DNA of 64,000 nucleotides from an uncultured delta proteobacterium. GTDB lineage: Bacteria > Myxococcota_A > Polyangia > Polyangiales > Polyangiaceae. Location of the stretch: NCBI GenBank assembly GCA_963696385.1, contig CAVOKF010000002.1, forward strand, positions 1-64,000. The letters are read 5' to 3'. Numbering within the stretch: the first letter of the stretch is position 1; each line of letters opens with the position of its first letter. Positions 1 to 9,722 of the stretch are shown piece after piece. Below the pieces are notes generated by a model that worked only from the letters and a program-made list of their open reading frames with translations, ran no database searches and was not told the origin of the DNA. A program made the position numbers and the translations under genes.

Positions 1-1
1 C

Positions 2-598
2 GCGACGCTGTTCGCGTTGCTGGACACGGCCGTGGCGGACGCCCGGATCGGCGCCTGGACTTCGAAATACGAGCAGAAGTTCTGGCGACCGATCACATCG
101 ACGAACGCCAACAGCGACGGAAGCGTGACCAACGACTACGTCGTCTTTCATTCCTTGGCGGCGACACCCTCGCATCCGTCGAACACATCGGGACATAGCG
201 CGACGGCGGCCGCGGCGGCCGAGATTCTCCGGGCCTATTTCGGCGACAAAGTCCACGCGGATGGGAGCCCTGTCACGCTGGGGTCGCTGGCTTGGCTCGT
301 CGGGACCAACGACGGCACGGGCAACGTCACCACGCGGTCGGTTTCCACGTTTACGCAGATCCAGCTCGAGACCGGCGCAAGCCGGCTCTATCTCGGCGTG
401 CACTACGGATACGACAACTTGCAGGGGCAGCTTCTCGGTCTGGAGGTCGCGGACGCGATCCTGCGGTCGCGCGATCCCGCGGCGCAAGGCCTGAGAGCCC
501 CGGACTCTCCAGCCTCCCTGTTCAACCTGGAGCGAACGCTCTTGGCGCGACCGGATCTGTACGGGCTCTATGGGAAGGACACTGGGCCGCGGCGGTGA
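2..598 (+). CDS. Vanadium-dependent haloperoxidase / PAP2-superfamily protein, C-terminal part (5' end outside window)
   Basis: Motifs SKYEQKFWRP, PSHPSNTSGHS and SRLYLGVHY match the three PAP2/VHPO active-site segments. Confidence 0.8.
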   Translation, partial: ATLFALLDTAVADARIGAWTSKYEQKFWRPITSTNANSDGSVTNDYVVFHSLAATPSHPSNTSGHSATAAAAAEILRAYFGDKVHADGSPVTLGSLAWLVGTNDGTGNVTTRSVSTFTQIQLETGASRLYLGVHYGYDNLQGQLLGLEVADAILRSRDPAAQGLRAPDSPASLFNLERTLLARPDLYGLYGKDTGPRR

Positions 599-721
599 TG
601 GCCAGGCCGCCTCCAGTCAAGCCCGATTCCGACTGCCATGGCTGTCGCTCACCCTCTCACGCAGTCATGGCGACCCGCGGCGAGTAGGCGTCTGGAGGGC
701 GTCCCCTCGCGTCCGGAGGCG

Positions 722-1555
722 ATGCTCCACGGGCTGCTGCAAGTCGCGTGCGCCATGTGCTTCATCGGTCACGGTGCGTGGGGGGTCCTCACCAAGGCGG
801 GATGGCTGCCTCTTTATGGCGCGTTGGGTATCTCCCCGTCGGTGGCTTGGAAGACCATGCCCTTCGTCGGGGCAGTGGATATCACGCTGGGTGCGGCGGT
901 ACTGGTGTTTCCTTGCCGAGCGCTCCTCGGATACATGGTTCTGTGGACTCTATTCACAGCGCTCTTGCGGCCATGGGCTGGCCTGGGGTGGTGGGAGTTT
1001 TTCGAGCGCGCCGGCAACTATGGACCCCCCCTCGCCCTTCTCGTGGCGGCGAGCCAACCAAGCGTTCGTTGGTTCCAGCGGATCGAGGCCCGACCCCTGC
1101 GGCCCGCGGCGGTTGGCCGGGTGGCATGGGTTCTTCGGGTGTCCATTGCGCTTCTGTTGCTCGGTCACGGGGGGTTCGCACGGATTCAGGAAAAGAGAGT
1201 CCTCATCGACCACTGGCAGTCGATCGGGGTTCCTGCCGGCCGGGTGTTCTTGCACTGGCTCGGCGGGATCGAAATGGCGGTGGCCCTCGCGGTCTGCTTC
1301 TGGCCGTCGCGATTTCTCCTGTTGGGAATCGGCACATGGAAGATCGCGAGCGAGCTTCTTTACCCGATTTCGGGTCGTCTCAGGGACACGTGGGAGTGGG
1401 TCGAGCGCGGCGGAGATTACCTATGTCCGTTGGCGCTCCTCGCCGTCTTGGCTCTGCTGGACCGACACACGGCGAGCGACAGCGTAACGGCCGGGCGCGC
1501 CGTCGCCACGCCGGAAACGGCGCCGACGCCCTACCCATCCGGCCTGCATCGTTAG
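722..1555 (+). CDS. Membrane protein, DoxX-like, with internal duplication
   Basis: Several hydrophobic helices; two similar halves (FIGHGAWG...EFFERAGNY / LLGHGGFA...EWVERGGDY). Start could be 638. Confidence 0.6.
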   Translation: MLHGLLQVACAMCFIGHGAWGVLTKAGWLPLYGALGISPSVAWKTMPFVGAVDITLGAAVLVFPCRALLGYMVLWTLFTALLRPWAGLGWWEFFERAGNYGPPLALLVAASQPSVRWFQRIEARPLRPAAVGRVAWVLRVSIALLLLGHGGFARIQEKRVLIDHWQSIGVPAGRVFLHWLGGIEMAVALAVCFWPSRFLLLGIGTWKIASELLYPISGRLRDTWEWVERGGDYLCPLALLAVLALLDRHTASDSVTAGRAVATPETAPTPYPSGLHR

Positions 1556-1622
1556 CCTGGACACGTGGGAAGGGCGTTCCGTCGCCCCATTCGTCCGGAG
1601 TGCGTCACGAAGGAGAACGACG

Positions 1623-2575
1623 TTGGAAACGCGAAAATTGGTTCGCTGGCCGTGTCGGTGGTCGGGCTGGGGTGCAACAACTTCGGCGTGCGACTCGACC
1701 CGGCGCGCACGGCGCGAGTGGTCGACGCCGCGATCGATGTCGGAATTACGTTCTTCGACACGGCCGATCGCTACGGCGAGACGCGTAGCGAGGAGTATCT
1801 CGGGCGGGCCCTCGGCGAGCGCCGCAAATCCGTCGTCGTGGCGACGAAGTTCGGCTCGAAAGTCGATGACTCCCGGCAGGGCGCAAGGCCCGAATACGTG
1901 CGACGTGCGCTGGAAGACAGCTTGCGGCGCCTGGGAACGGATTGGGTCGATCTGTATCAATTGCACCGTCCGGACCCCGGCGTTCCGATCGCCGAAACGC
2001 TGGGAGCGCTGAACGATCTGGTCGCTGCGGGAAAGGTGCGCGAGATTGGGTGTTCGAACTTCACGGTGGAGCAGATCCGATCGGCGGAGGGCGGGCGCCC
2101 TCCGAGCGCTGCGCGGTTCGTCAGTCTCCAAAACGAGTACAGCTTGCTCCACCGGGAGCCGGAGCGAGCCGTTTTGGCAGAGTGCGTCGCGCGCGGTATG
2201 GCGTTTCTGCCGTATTTCCCACTCGCAAGCGGCCTGCTGACGGGCAAGTACCGGTGTGGAGAGGTCCCGCCCGCCGGAACGCGTCTGTCGGATCCGGCTG
2301 CACGATTCGCGACGAGGTTTCTGAACGAAGCGAGACTCACCCTTTCGGACCGGTTGGCCGCGTTCGCGGCGTCGCGGGGTCATACCCTGTTGGAATTGGC
2401 GCTTTCCTGGCTGGTCGCACGACCCGGCGTGGCTTCGGTGATTCCCGGCGCCACGACGCCGCAGCAAGTGCGATCGAACGTCGACGCCGCACGCTGGGAG
2501 CTCACCGGCCCCGACCTCGTTGAGGTGGATCGGCTGACGACGTCGCTCGACGCGGCATCGACGCACGCAGCCTGA
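1623..2575 (+). CDS. Aldo/keto reductase (apparent 1-nt frameshift just after the start)
   Basis: GLGCNNFG, FFDTADRYG, ATKFG, DLYQLH, PYFPLASGLLTGKY. AAGGAG precedes TTG at 1623 (METRK), which joins the main frame (IGSLAVSVVG) if one A is added in the A-run at ~1634. Confidence 0.9.
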
Positions 2576-2688
2576 GGTTACGACGACCGGCGGTGGCTGT
2601 CGTCCGACCTTGCGTATGCGTGTCCTGTATGATAGACGCGGCGACGGGCAAGGGCGCGCGCCGCGCGACCGAAGCGAAAGGTGAGAAC

Positions 2689-3411
2689 ATGAGTCGAGCA
2701 GAGAACAGTCTCGGTCCGGAAGCCGTCGCGTTCGTCAAGAGGGCCACTGAGGAGGCCGAGCTCGCGTTTCGAGTCTTTCGCGAGACGGGGACGATCACCG
2801 CCAATGGGACCGTGGGGTTCGTCGAGCGCATCCCGGGGGAGAGCAAGTTTGTCGCGATCCATGACCCGGGCCCCTTCGAGCGCGGGAAGGCGCTCGTGCC
2901 CCGCGTATTTGGCTTCGACGGCACCGCCTATCTCGGCGAGGCGGGTGGGGGCGGCCAGGGCCGCTACTCGAAAATCCTCGAGCAGCACCCCGACATCACG
3001 ACCGTTTCGCACGTCCATTCGCCGTATTTGGGTGCGTGGGCGCAAACCCAGCGGACCTTGCCCATTCGCTACGTACCTGTGCAGCGGTATCTTCTCAGCC
3101 GCGAGATACCGGTCTACTTGGATCGACGCCAGGCCGAGCAGGACTTCATTCTCGATCGGCTTCAGATCGATCCGCACACTCCGGCCATTCTGGAGGCGAA
3201 CGGAGGCGCGACGGTTTGGGGCAAGGGCGGTCTGCGCAAGACCGCCGAGTTCATTCTGATTCTCGAAGAAGGCGCGCGCCTTCAGCTCCTCGCCGAGAGC
3301 CTTGGTGGGTCGCGCGACTACGGTCCCGGGGTCCTGGCGCAGCAGTTCAAGATGAGCGGGTTGACCGAGCAGGCGCGCGCCTTAGGCTTCTTGCCGCATG
3401 CCGGCCATTGA
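2689..3411 (+). CDS. Class II aldolase/adducin family protein
   Basis: GTITANGTV, HPDITTVSHVHSPY motif; ~240 aa. Confidence 0.75.
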   Translation: MSRAENSLGPEAVAFVKRATEEAELAFRVFRETGTITANGTVGFVERIPGESKFVAIHDPGPFERGKALVPRVFGFDGTAYLGEAGGGGQGRYSKILEQHPDITTVSHVHSPYLGAWAQTQRTLPIRYVPVQRYLLSREIPVYLDRRQAEQDFILDRLQIDPHTPAILEANGGATVWGKGGLRKTAEFILILEEGARLQLLAESLGGSRDYGPGVLAQQFKMSGLTEQARALGFLPHAGH

Positions 3412-3506
3412 CCGAGAGCGTCGACGCTTTGAGCCTGGGTCCGGATCCGAAGATCGGGCCGTGACCACGAAACGACCTCCAAGGTTTCTCGATCGGAGAA
3501 AAATCC

Positions 3507-4577
3507 ATGACCGCGTTGGACACCCTATGGTTCACCCGCTGCCCCGTTCCCACGGCCACAGGCCTGGCCTACAAGCTTGGCTGGCTCGATGACGAGTTCA
3601 AACCAGACGGGATTCGGGTTCGAACCTTGCAAGATGCAGGCGGCGAGCTCGCCCGGCATCATTACGACCACGAGCTGCCAACGCTGATTCGCGAGGGCGG
3701 CAATCTTCTTGCTATCCCCGCGAAGGCGCAAGGAGCCCCGTCGCGGCTCGTCGGCCTGACATGGATCGACGAGTGGCAGTCGATCCTCGTGCGGCCCGGC
3801 GAAGCCATAACCTCGCCGGAGCACTTGAAAGGCAAGCGACTCGCGCTACCTGCCTTTCGTGCCTCCGACCTCGCCGAAAATCGCCGTGGTCGCAGCATTG
3901 CGCGAGGCATGAGCCTCGCGGGCTACAAGGGCGCGCTCGCGTCGGTCGGCCTGACGCTCGACGACGTTCGACTCGTCGAGGTCGGGCGCGGTGCTTCCGA
4001 CAATCGGCGCGACGGCCTCGGCGGGATCTGGGAGGGGCTCGATCCGCTCATCAAGGGCGAGGTCGACGCGGTCTACGTAAAGGGCGCTTCGGCGGCGGAT
4101 GCCGCACGCCGCCGTGGGGCCGTCGTCGGGATCGACCTCGATCGGCTTCCGGAACGCCGCTTTCGCGTGAACAACGGGACGCCGCGCCCCATCACCGTGC
4201 ACGAGAGCCTTCTGGCCGACCACTTCGACCTGCTTGTGCGCTTCCTCTACCAGACTCTTCGTGCTGCCGAATGGGCCAAGACCAACGTCGAAGGAGTTCA
4301 CAAGGTTCTGCAAGGTGAGACGCGCGCCAGTTCGCAGGGGGTCGAAGAGGCCTATCGCGGCGGCTTTCATCTTGCGCTTGCGCCGGACCTATCGAGCGAG
4401 CGCGTCGCGCTTTTCCGGCAGCAGAAGGACTTTCAGCTCACCTACGGTTTTCTCGATCGCGACTTTGATTACGATGCATGGATCGACGATCGACCCCTCC
4501 GGGCGGCGCAGGAGCGACTGCGGGCGCGCGCGGCGTCGAGAGGGCCTGTGCCGGAAAGTCAGGACCTCCGAGTCTGA
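3507..4577 (+). CDS. DszB-like desulfinase / sulfonate-binding-fold protein
   Basis: N-terminal WFTRCPVPTA plus HYDH...IREGGN, resembling the DszB Cys/His/Arg/Gly catalytic positions; no signal peptide. Confidence 0.75.
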   Translation: MTALDTLWFTRCPVPTATGLAYKLGWLDDEFKPDGIRVRTLQDAGGELARHHYDHELPTLIREGGNLLAIPAKAQGAPSRLVGLTWIDEWQSILVRPGEAITSPEHLKGKRLALPAFRASDLAENRRGRSIARGMSLAGYKGALASVGLTLDDVRLVEVGRGASDNRRDGLGGIWEGLDPLIKGEVDAVYVKGASAADAARRRGAVVGIDLDRLPERRFRVNNGTPRPITVHESLLADHFDLLVRFLYQTLRAAEWAKTNVEGVHKVLQGETRASSQGVEEAYRGGFHLALAPDLSSERVALFRQQKDFQLTYGFLDRDFDYDAWIDDRPLRAAQERLRARAASRGPVPESQDLRV

Positions 4578-4623
4578 GACGGCCGGTCGACGGGTTCCGC
4601 CCTGTCGGCGGCGACGCGCAGCC

Positions 4624-5079
4624 TCACAATGGAATGTGGCTGCCGATCCCGAGTTGGCGCGTATCGAGCCGGATCGCTCGCCTCGCCAGGAGCGCCGACC
4701 CGCCGGCGAGATTCACGGTGTCGTGCAGCTTTCCCACGGCAAAGAGCGACGTTGCGCCGCCGTCCAGGGCCGTCCGAAAGACCTGCAATGCGGACACGAC
4801 GGTGGCCCGTGTGTTCGGTTCGTCGAACGTCACCGTGTACACGGTCGCGTGGCGGGTCAAAGGCGAGGGATCGCTGTGGTGCCGCGGTAGGTTGCGAAAT
4901 AGTGTCTGCATGCCCGCTCGATCGTGATCGAGCCACACCATGTCGCGCCGAATCTCTGGGGCGTACGCCTGGAGGATGTAGCGAAAATCGGCATCGCAAA
5001 GGCTCAGAAAGCCTTCGAAATCGAGGTCGTCCAACAGAAGGCACGATCGGTACACGAGCTCTTCGACGACCGTTCTCAC
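4624..5079 (-). CDS. msmB: Methanesulfonate monooxygenase-like hydroxylase small (beta) subunit
   Basis: Ring-hydroxylating beta fold (ELVYRSCLLLD...AYAPEIRRDMVWL...LPRHHSD...LDTRQLGIGSHIPL); GTGA overlap with the alpha-subunit stop. Confidence 0.75.
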   Translation of the reverse strand: MRTVVEELVYRSCLLLDDLDFEGFLSLCDADFRYILQAYAPEIRRDMVWLDHDRAGMQTLFRNLPRHHSDPSPLTRHATVYTVTFDEPNTRATVVSALQVFRTALDGGATSLFAVGKLHDTVNLAGGSALLARRAIRLDTRQLGIGSHIPL

Positions 5080-6275
5080 GGGCCGCCTCGCTCGGCAAAC
5101 GGGTCCGAAGCCGAACGACCCATGCGCCGGCTCCACTCGGCGTAAAAGTGGCGCATTCCGCCTTCGTCGTGGATGGTCATGCCCTCTTCTCGTGCGTGGA
5201 TCAGCCAGCGAACGTCGGTCCCACCGTCACGCAGGGCCGTCCCTTGGCCCGTCACGGCGAGCAGATCTTCATGCAGGTTGCGACCGAAGGGTCCCCATAT
5301 GGCATTGTGATCGCGGATGCGAAGAGCGCGTTCTTCCCGAGAGTCCCGGGCCAACCCGAGACCTCGGAGCTCGATCATCGTTTCGTTGGTTCCGAGCGGG
5401 ATGGCGGTATCGATTCGAAGCACGGACGTGCGCAAGTTGAACGTCATGCCCGGGAAAATATCGACGAGGACCCACCCGCCGGCCGCAAGGCCCGGCCAAC
5501 CGATGCGCTCCTCACCGCCTTCGTACTGGTCGTACTTCACCTGCATCGACCCGACCGTCGCGTGTCCATTGGGAAAGGGCACGTACTGGCGTTCGAAGTA
5601 CCCCGGTTGCTGCATCCCGGTCACGCGATTGAAGTAATGAATGAAGTCGTGATAAAATTCGCTATTGGTATCGTGCCACAATTTGTAATTCGTGCGCACG
5701 ATGACTTGCTGGTAGTGAAATACTTCGAGCGGTTCGGCCCAGTGCGCAGCCAGCACGCCGAGCGCGTCGCCGAGAAACTCGCGCAGCCCGGGCCCCTCGT
5801 CGCTCACGTTCACCCAGACGAAGCCCCCGGGTCCCGTCTCCGATCGCACGGCCCGCAAGCCGACGTCGCGTGGATCGAGCCGGTCCTGAAAACCCTCTTT
5901 GCGCCGTGAGATCCCCGTGCAGTTGCCGCGGCAGTCGAAGCTCCACGCGTGAAAAATGCACGACAGGGTCCGAGCACTCCCCGCCGGACGATGGACGAGC
6001 ACGTTTCCTCGGTGCGGACAGATGTTGTAAAAAGTGCGGATCTGCCCGTCGTCGCCGCGGACCACGACCAAGTTCCTGCCGCCCGGATGACGGAACGTCC
6101 GGTAGTCGTAGGCGCGCGGAAGCTCGCTTTCGTGGCACGCGAGGATCCACGCATGCCCGAAGATTTTGTCCTGTTCTTCTCGAAAGATCGCTTCGTCGGT
6201 GTAGAGGCGGCTGTCCACGTAGTGCGTGCGGGGGAACTTCGGGCGCTCGGCCCACTGGGCGGCGTTTCGCGGCAC
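5076..6275 (-). CDS. msmA: Methanesulfonate monooxygenase-like Rieske hydroxylase large (alpha) subunit
   Basis: Rieske CPH-x17-CIFH, mononuclear Fe motif NSEFYHDFIH, WGPFGRNLHED; N-terminus (V)PRNAAQWAERPKFP is MsmA-like; GGAGG before GTG at 6275. Confidence 0.8.
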   Translation of the reverse strand: MPRNAAQWAERPKFPRTHYVDSRLYTDEAIFREEQDKIFGHAWILACHESELPRAYDYRTFRHPGGRNLVVVRGDDGQIRTFYNICPHRGNVLVHRPAGSARTLSCIFHAWSFDCRGNCTGISRRKEGFQDRLDPRDVGLRAVRSETGPGGFVWVNVSDEGPGLREFLGDALGVLAAHWAEPLEVFHYQQVIVRTNYKLWHDTNSEFYHDFIHYFNRVTGMQQPGYFERQYVPFPNGHATVGSMQVKYDQYEGGEERIGWPGLAAGGWVLVDIFPGMTFNLRTSVLRIDTAIPLGTNETMIELRGLGLARDSREERALRIRDHNAIWGPFGRNLHEDLLAVTGQGTALRDGGTDVRWLIHAREEGMTIHDEGGMRHFYAEWSRRMGRSASDPFAERGGP

Positions 6276-6675
6276 CTGAAACCTCCGGAGGCGATCCACG
6301 CGTACGATAGCATCGCGAGGGCGTTAAGCATCGCTTCCCCGAGGCGCGAACGCTGGCACGCGCGCGAGTCATGGCCATCCCCATTTTCCCGGGCTTGAAG
6401 ACCCGGCGGGGAAGTTGGCCGCCCCGCGCCCGCGAGCGGAGCTTCCCAGTGGCCGTTCGACGTCCCGCATGATAGACAGCGCGTCTGGGTCATGCCGGGT
6501 CCCGCGCCACGAGCCGCCTCGTTGCCGGGCGGGGTTCCGTCCGGATGGGCGGCTGGATCGGCTCGAACCGGCGGGCAGGGCGGAAAAAAGTAGCGCAGGA
6601 GACCCGTCGGGTCCGGCCGTCCCCACCGCGCACGATCAGGGCACCTCACGGACGAAGGGAGACCGCAAGGCCACG

Positions 6676-8424
6676 ATGGACGACAGCATCACGGACGCGG
6701 ACATCGTAGTGGTCGGAGGGGGCAGCGCGGGCTGCACCGCGGCCATCCGTGCGCAAGAGCATTTGCCGCGGGGCCGTGTCGTGCTCCTGGAGAAAGCGCA
6801 CATCAAACGCAGCGGCGCCATCGCCATCGGAATGGATGGCTTGAACAACGCAATCATCCCCGGTCACGCGACCCCCGAGCAATACGTAAAAGAGATCACG
6901 ATGGCCAACGACGGCATCGTCAATCAGGAAAGCGTGCTCGCCTACGCGCAGAAGAGTTTCGCGATGATTCAGAAGCTCGATCGCTGGGGCGTAAAGTTCC
7001 AGAAGACCGAGACCGGCGACTTCGACGTCAAGAAGGTCCACCACAACGGAACGTATGTGCTGCCCATGCCGGAGGGCTACGATCTCAAGAAGATCCTCAC
7101 GCGCCTCATCAAGCGCGCCGGCGTTCGCATCGCCAACCGCGTGATGGCGACCCGCCTGTTGACCGAGCGCGGCCGCGTCGCGGGCGTCTTGGGTTTCGAC
7201 GTTCGAGACGGGCACTTTTGCGTGATTCGCGCCAAGACCGTCATCTTGTGCTGCGGCGCGTCCGGGCGCCTCGGCCTGCCCGCTTCGGGATACCTCTACG
7301 GGACGTACGAGAACCCTGCCAATGCCGGGGACGGCTACTCGCTGGCGTATCACGCGGGCGCCGAGCTCACCGGCATCGAGTGCTTTCAGATCAACCCGCT
7401 CATCAAAGATTACAACGGTCCTGCATGCGCATACGTGACGGGACCGCTCGGGGGTCATACGGTCAACGCGCACGGTCACCGGTTCATCCAGAGCGATTAC
7501 TGGAGCGGGCAGATGATGCTCGAGTTCTATCGGGAGCTTCATTCACCCAACGGGCCCGTTTACCTGAAGCTCAATCACCTCGCCCCCGAGACGTTGACGG
7601 AAATCGAACGGGTGCTCCACCGAACCGAACGGCCGAGCCGCGGTCGTTTTCACGAGGGCCGCGGGACGCACTACGCGGACGACCTGGTCGAGATGCACAT
7701 CTCGGAGATCGGGCTGTGCAGTGGCCACAGCGCGTCGGGTGTCTGGGTCAACGAGCACGGCGAGACGACTGTGCCGGGTCTGTACGCGGCGGGAGACATG
7801 GCGTGTGTTCCGCACAATTATCTTCTGGGCGCCCTTACCTACGGCGAGATCTGCGCGGACCGCGCGCTCTCGTACATCGGCGGCGTGGCCGAGCCGGCAC
7901 TCGACGCGGAGCAGGTCGAGCGCGAGCGGCTGCGGCTGCTGAAACCTCTCGGCCGTGCAACAGGCATTCCGCATCACCAGTTCGAATACAAAATACGACG
8001 GCTCGTGAACGACTATCTGCAGCCTCCCAAGACGGCCGCGCGACTGGGCATCGGTCTCTCGCATTTCATGCGCGCCGAGGAGGAGCTCGAGCAGGTGGGC
8101 GCGGCGAATCCGCACGAACTCATGCGCGTCATCGAGTGTCACTTCATTCGTGATTGCGCGGAGATGGCGGCGCGCGCCTCGCTTTTCCGTACCGAGAGCC
8201 GCTGGGGACTCTACCATTACCGGCTGGACTACCCCGAAATGAACGACGATCAATGGTTTGTCCACGTGAACGTGGCCAAGGGACAGGACGGGCGAATGCA
8301 GCTTTTCACGCGGCCTGTGGCGCCGTACGTCGTTGCCCTGAGCGACGACGAAATGAAGGGCTATCACCGGCTGCGCATCGCGGCCCCCGCCGCGCCCGTC
8401 GAACGACGAGGAGCCGAAGCGTGA
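6676..8424 (+). CDS. FAD-dependent oxidoreductase, AprA/SdhA superfamily (AsfA-like)
   Basis: VVVGGGSAG FAD motif, RSGAIAIGMDGLNN, GLYAAGD, RTESRWGLYHYRLDYP. Confidence 0.85.
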   Translation: MDDSITDADIVVVGGGSAGCTAAIRAQEHLPRGRVVLLEKAHIKRSGAIAIGMDGLNNAIIPGHATPEQYVKEITMANDGIVNQESVLAYAQKSFAMIQKLDRWGVKFQKTETGDFDVKKVHHNGTYVLPMPEGYDLKKILTRLIKRAGVRIANRVMATRLLTERGRVAGVLGFDVRDGHFCVIRAKTVILCCGASGRLGLPASGYLYGTYENPANAGDGYSLAYHAGAELTGIECFQINPLIKDYNGPACAYVTGPLGGHTVNAHGHRFIQSDYWSGQMMLEFYRELHSPNGPVYLKLNHLAPETLTEIERVLHRTERPSRGRFHEGRGTHYADDLVEMHISEIGLCSGHSASGVWVNEHGETTVPGLYAAGDMACVPHNYLLGALTYGEICADRALSYIGGVAEPALDAEQVERERLRLLKPLGRATGIPHHQFEYKIRRLVNDYLQPPKTAARLGIGLSHFMRAEEELEQVGAANPHELMRVIECHFIRDCAEMAARASLFRTESRWGLYHYRLDYPEMNDDQWFVHVNVAKGQDGRMQLFTRPVAPYVVALSDDEMKGYHRLRIAAPAAPVERRGAEA

Positions 8425-8705
8425 GCGAAATCGACCATCGTGAGCGTGTCAAATCCGATCAGGCCAAGCGCATCGGAAATGCCCAGACGTCGGGACGATT
8501 CGACGTTCCGGTCGTGGTCGACCTCACCAAGTGCATCACCGGGTGCCGCATCTGCATCGACTCCTGTCCTGTCGACTGCCTCGCCGTGAATCCGGAGACG
8601 CACAAGGCCCACATGAAGCACGACGAGTGCTGGTATTGTTTGGCGTGTGAGCTCGACTGTCCGAAGGACGCGATCGTCGTGAAGATTCCATTTTTGCTGC
8701 GATAG
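8421..8705 (+). CDS. 2x[4Fe-4S] ferredoxin (AprB/AsfB-like)
   Basis: CITGCRICIDSCP and CWYCLACELDCP; GTGA overlap with the flavoprotein gene. Confidence 0.9.
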   Translation: MSEIDHRERVKSDQAKRIGNAQTSGRFDVPVVVDLTKCITGCRICIDSCPVDCLAVNPETHKAHMKHDECWYCLACELDCPKDAIVVKIPFLLR

Positions 8706-8707
8706 CC

Positions 8708-9697
8708 ATGGCTGTCGAAACGTCCCGCGACGCCATCCTCGAGAGGCTGCGAGATCCGGATCCGACCGTCCGGCAGCTCGCGCTCATCGAGCTCGAGGAC
8801 CTCGCATTCGAAGACGAGGAAACCGAACTGCTGGATGCCGTCGCACGGCGGATCGACGACCCGGACGATACGGTTCGCGCGCTCGCGGTCGCCCGGCTCG
8901 AGGAGCTCGGCGACCCGCGCGGTGTGCCCGCTCTGATTCGCGCCCTGGAAGACGCGGTCGAGGACGTCCGACGCGCGGCCGCCGCGGCCCTGCGCGATCT
9001 ACGGGGCGAGGCGGTGGGGTCGCTGCTCGTCTCGGCACTCGATCGAGCCGGGCCCTCGGCACGCGTTGCCTTGATCGTGGCGCTCCGCGAGCACAAGGAC
9101 GGACGCGCGCTCGGCGCGCTCGCTCTCGCCACGCGTGATCCGTCGCCGGATGTTCGGCGAGAGGCGGTCATCTCGCTCGGGTATTTGCGAAAGCCCGACA
9201 CGATCGAAGTGCTGCGCGCGTCCTTGCACGATTCCGAGCCGACCGTGCGTCGGGTCGCGGTTGGGGCGCTCGCATTCTTCCGCGACTCGGCCCTTCACGC
9301 GGATTTCGTGAAGGCGTTGGAAGACTCCGATTGGCAGGTGCGCCGCGAAGCCACCCTCGTGCTCGGGCGCATTCGTTCTGCCGAGGTACAGCCCGGTCTG
9401 GTCCGCGCGCTCTCGGACGACTACTGGCAAGTCCAGAAGGAGGCCGCCATCGCCCTCGGACACGCGGGTGCGCAAAGCGCGATTCCGGTCCTCATCGATT
9501 TGCTGGCGAGCGAAGTGCCCGACCTGCGCAAAGCCGCCGCCGGCGCCCTCGGCGAACTGTCCGCGGCGCAGGCCGTGCCCTCCCTCGAGTCCCTCTCTGG
9601 GAAGGACGCGGACGCCGAGGTGCGCAAGGCGGCCGTGCGGGCCCTTCGTGCCATTTCGGAGTCCGCCTGCCGAAGCCACAATCGCTTCCCCTCGTGA
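8708..9697 (+). CDS. HEAT/PBS-lyase repeat protein
   Basis: Repeated L-x-D-x3-VRxxAxxALG units throughout. Confidence 0.9.
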   Translation: MAVETSRDAILERLRDPDPTVRQLALIELEDLAFEDEETELLDAVARRIDDPDDTVRALAVARLEELGDPRGVPALIRALEDAVEDVRRAAAAALRDLRGEAVGSLLVSALDRAGPSARVALIVALREHKDGRALGALALATRDPSPDVRREAVISLGYLRKPDTIEVLRASLHDSEPTVRRVAVGALAFFRDSALHADFVKALEDSDWQVRREATLVLGRIRSAEVQPGLVRALSDDYWQVQKEAAIALGHAGAQSAIPVLIDLLASEVPDLRKAAAGALGELSAAQAVPSLESLSGKDADAEVRKAAVRALRAISESACRSHNRFPS

Positions 9698-9722
9698 CGT
9701 TCGGACGGCCCGCCGGCGTCGA

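Noticed and set aside
6350..6370. Sigma-54 promoter (TGGCAC)
   Set aside because: No TTGC at the -12 position; the similar site at ~11765 has wrong spacing
6676..8705. Dissimilatory APS reductase aprAB or succinate dehydrogenase
   Set aside because: No sat/qmo or membrane-anchor genes; short ferredoxin; HEAT-protein context fits the AsfA-like subfamily
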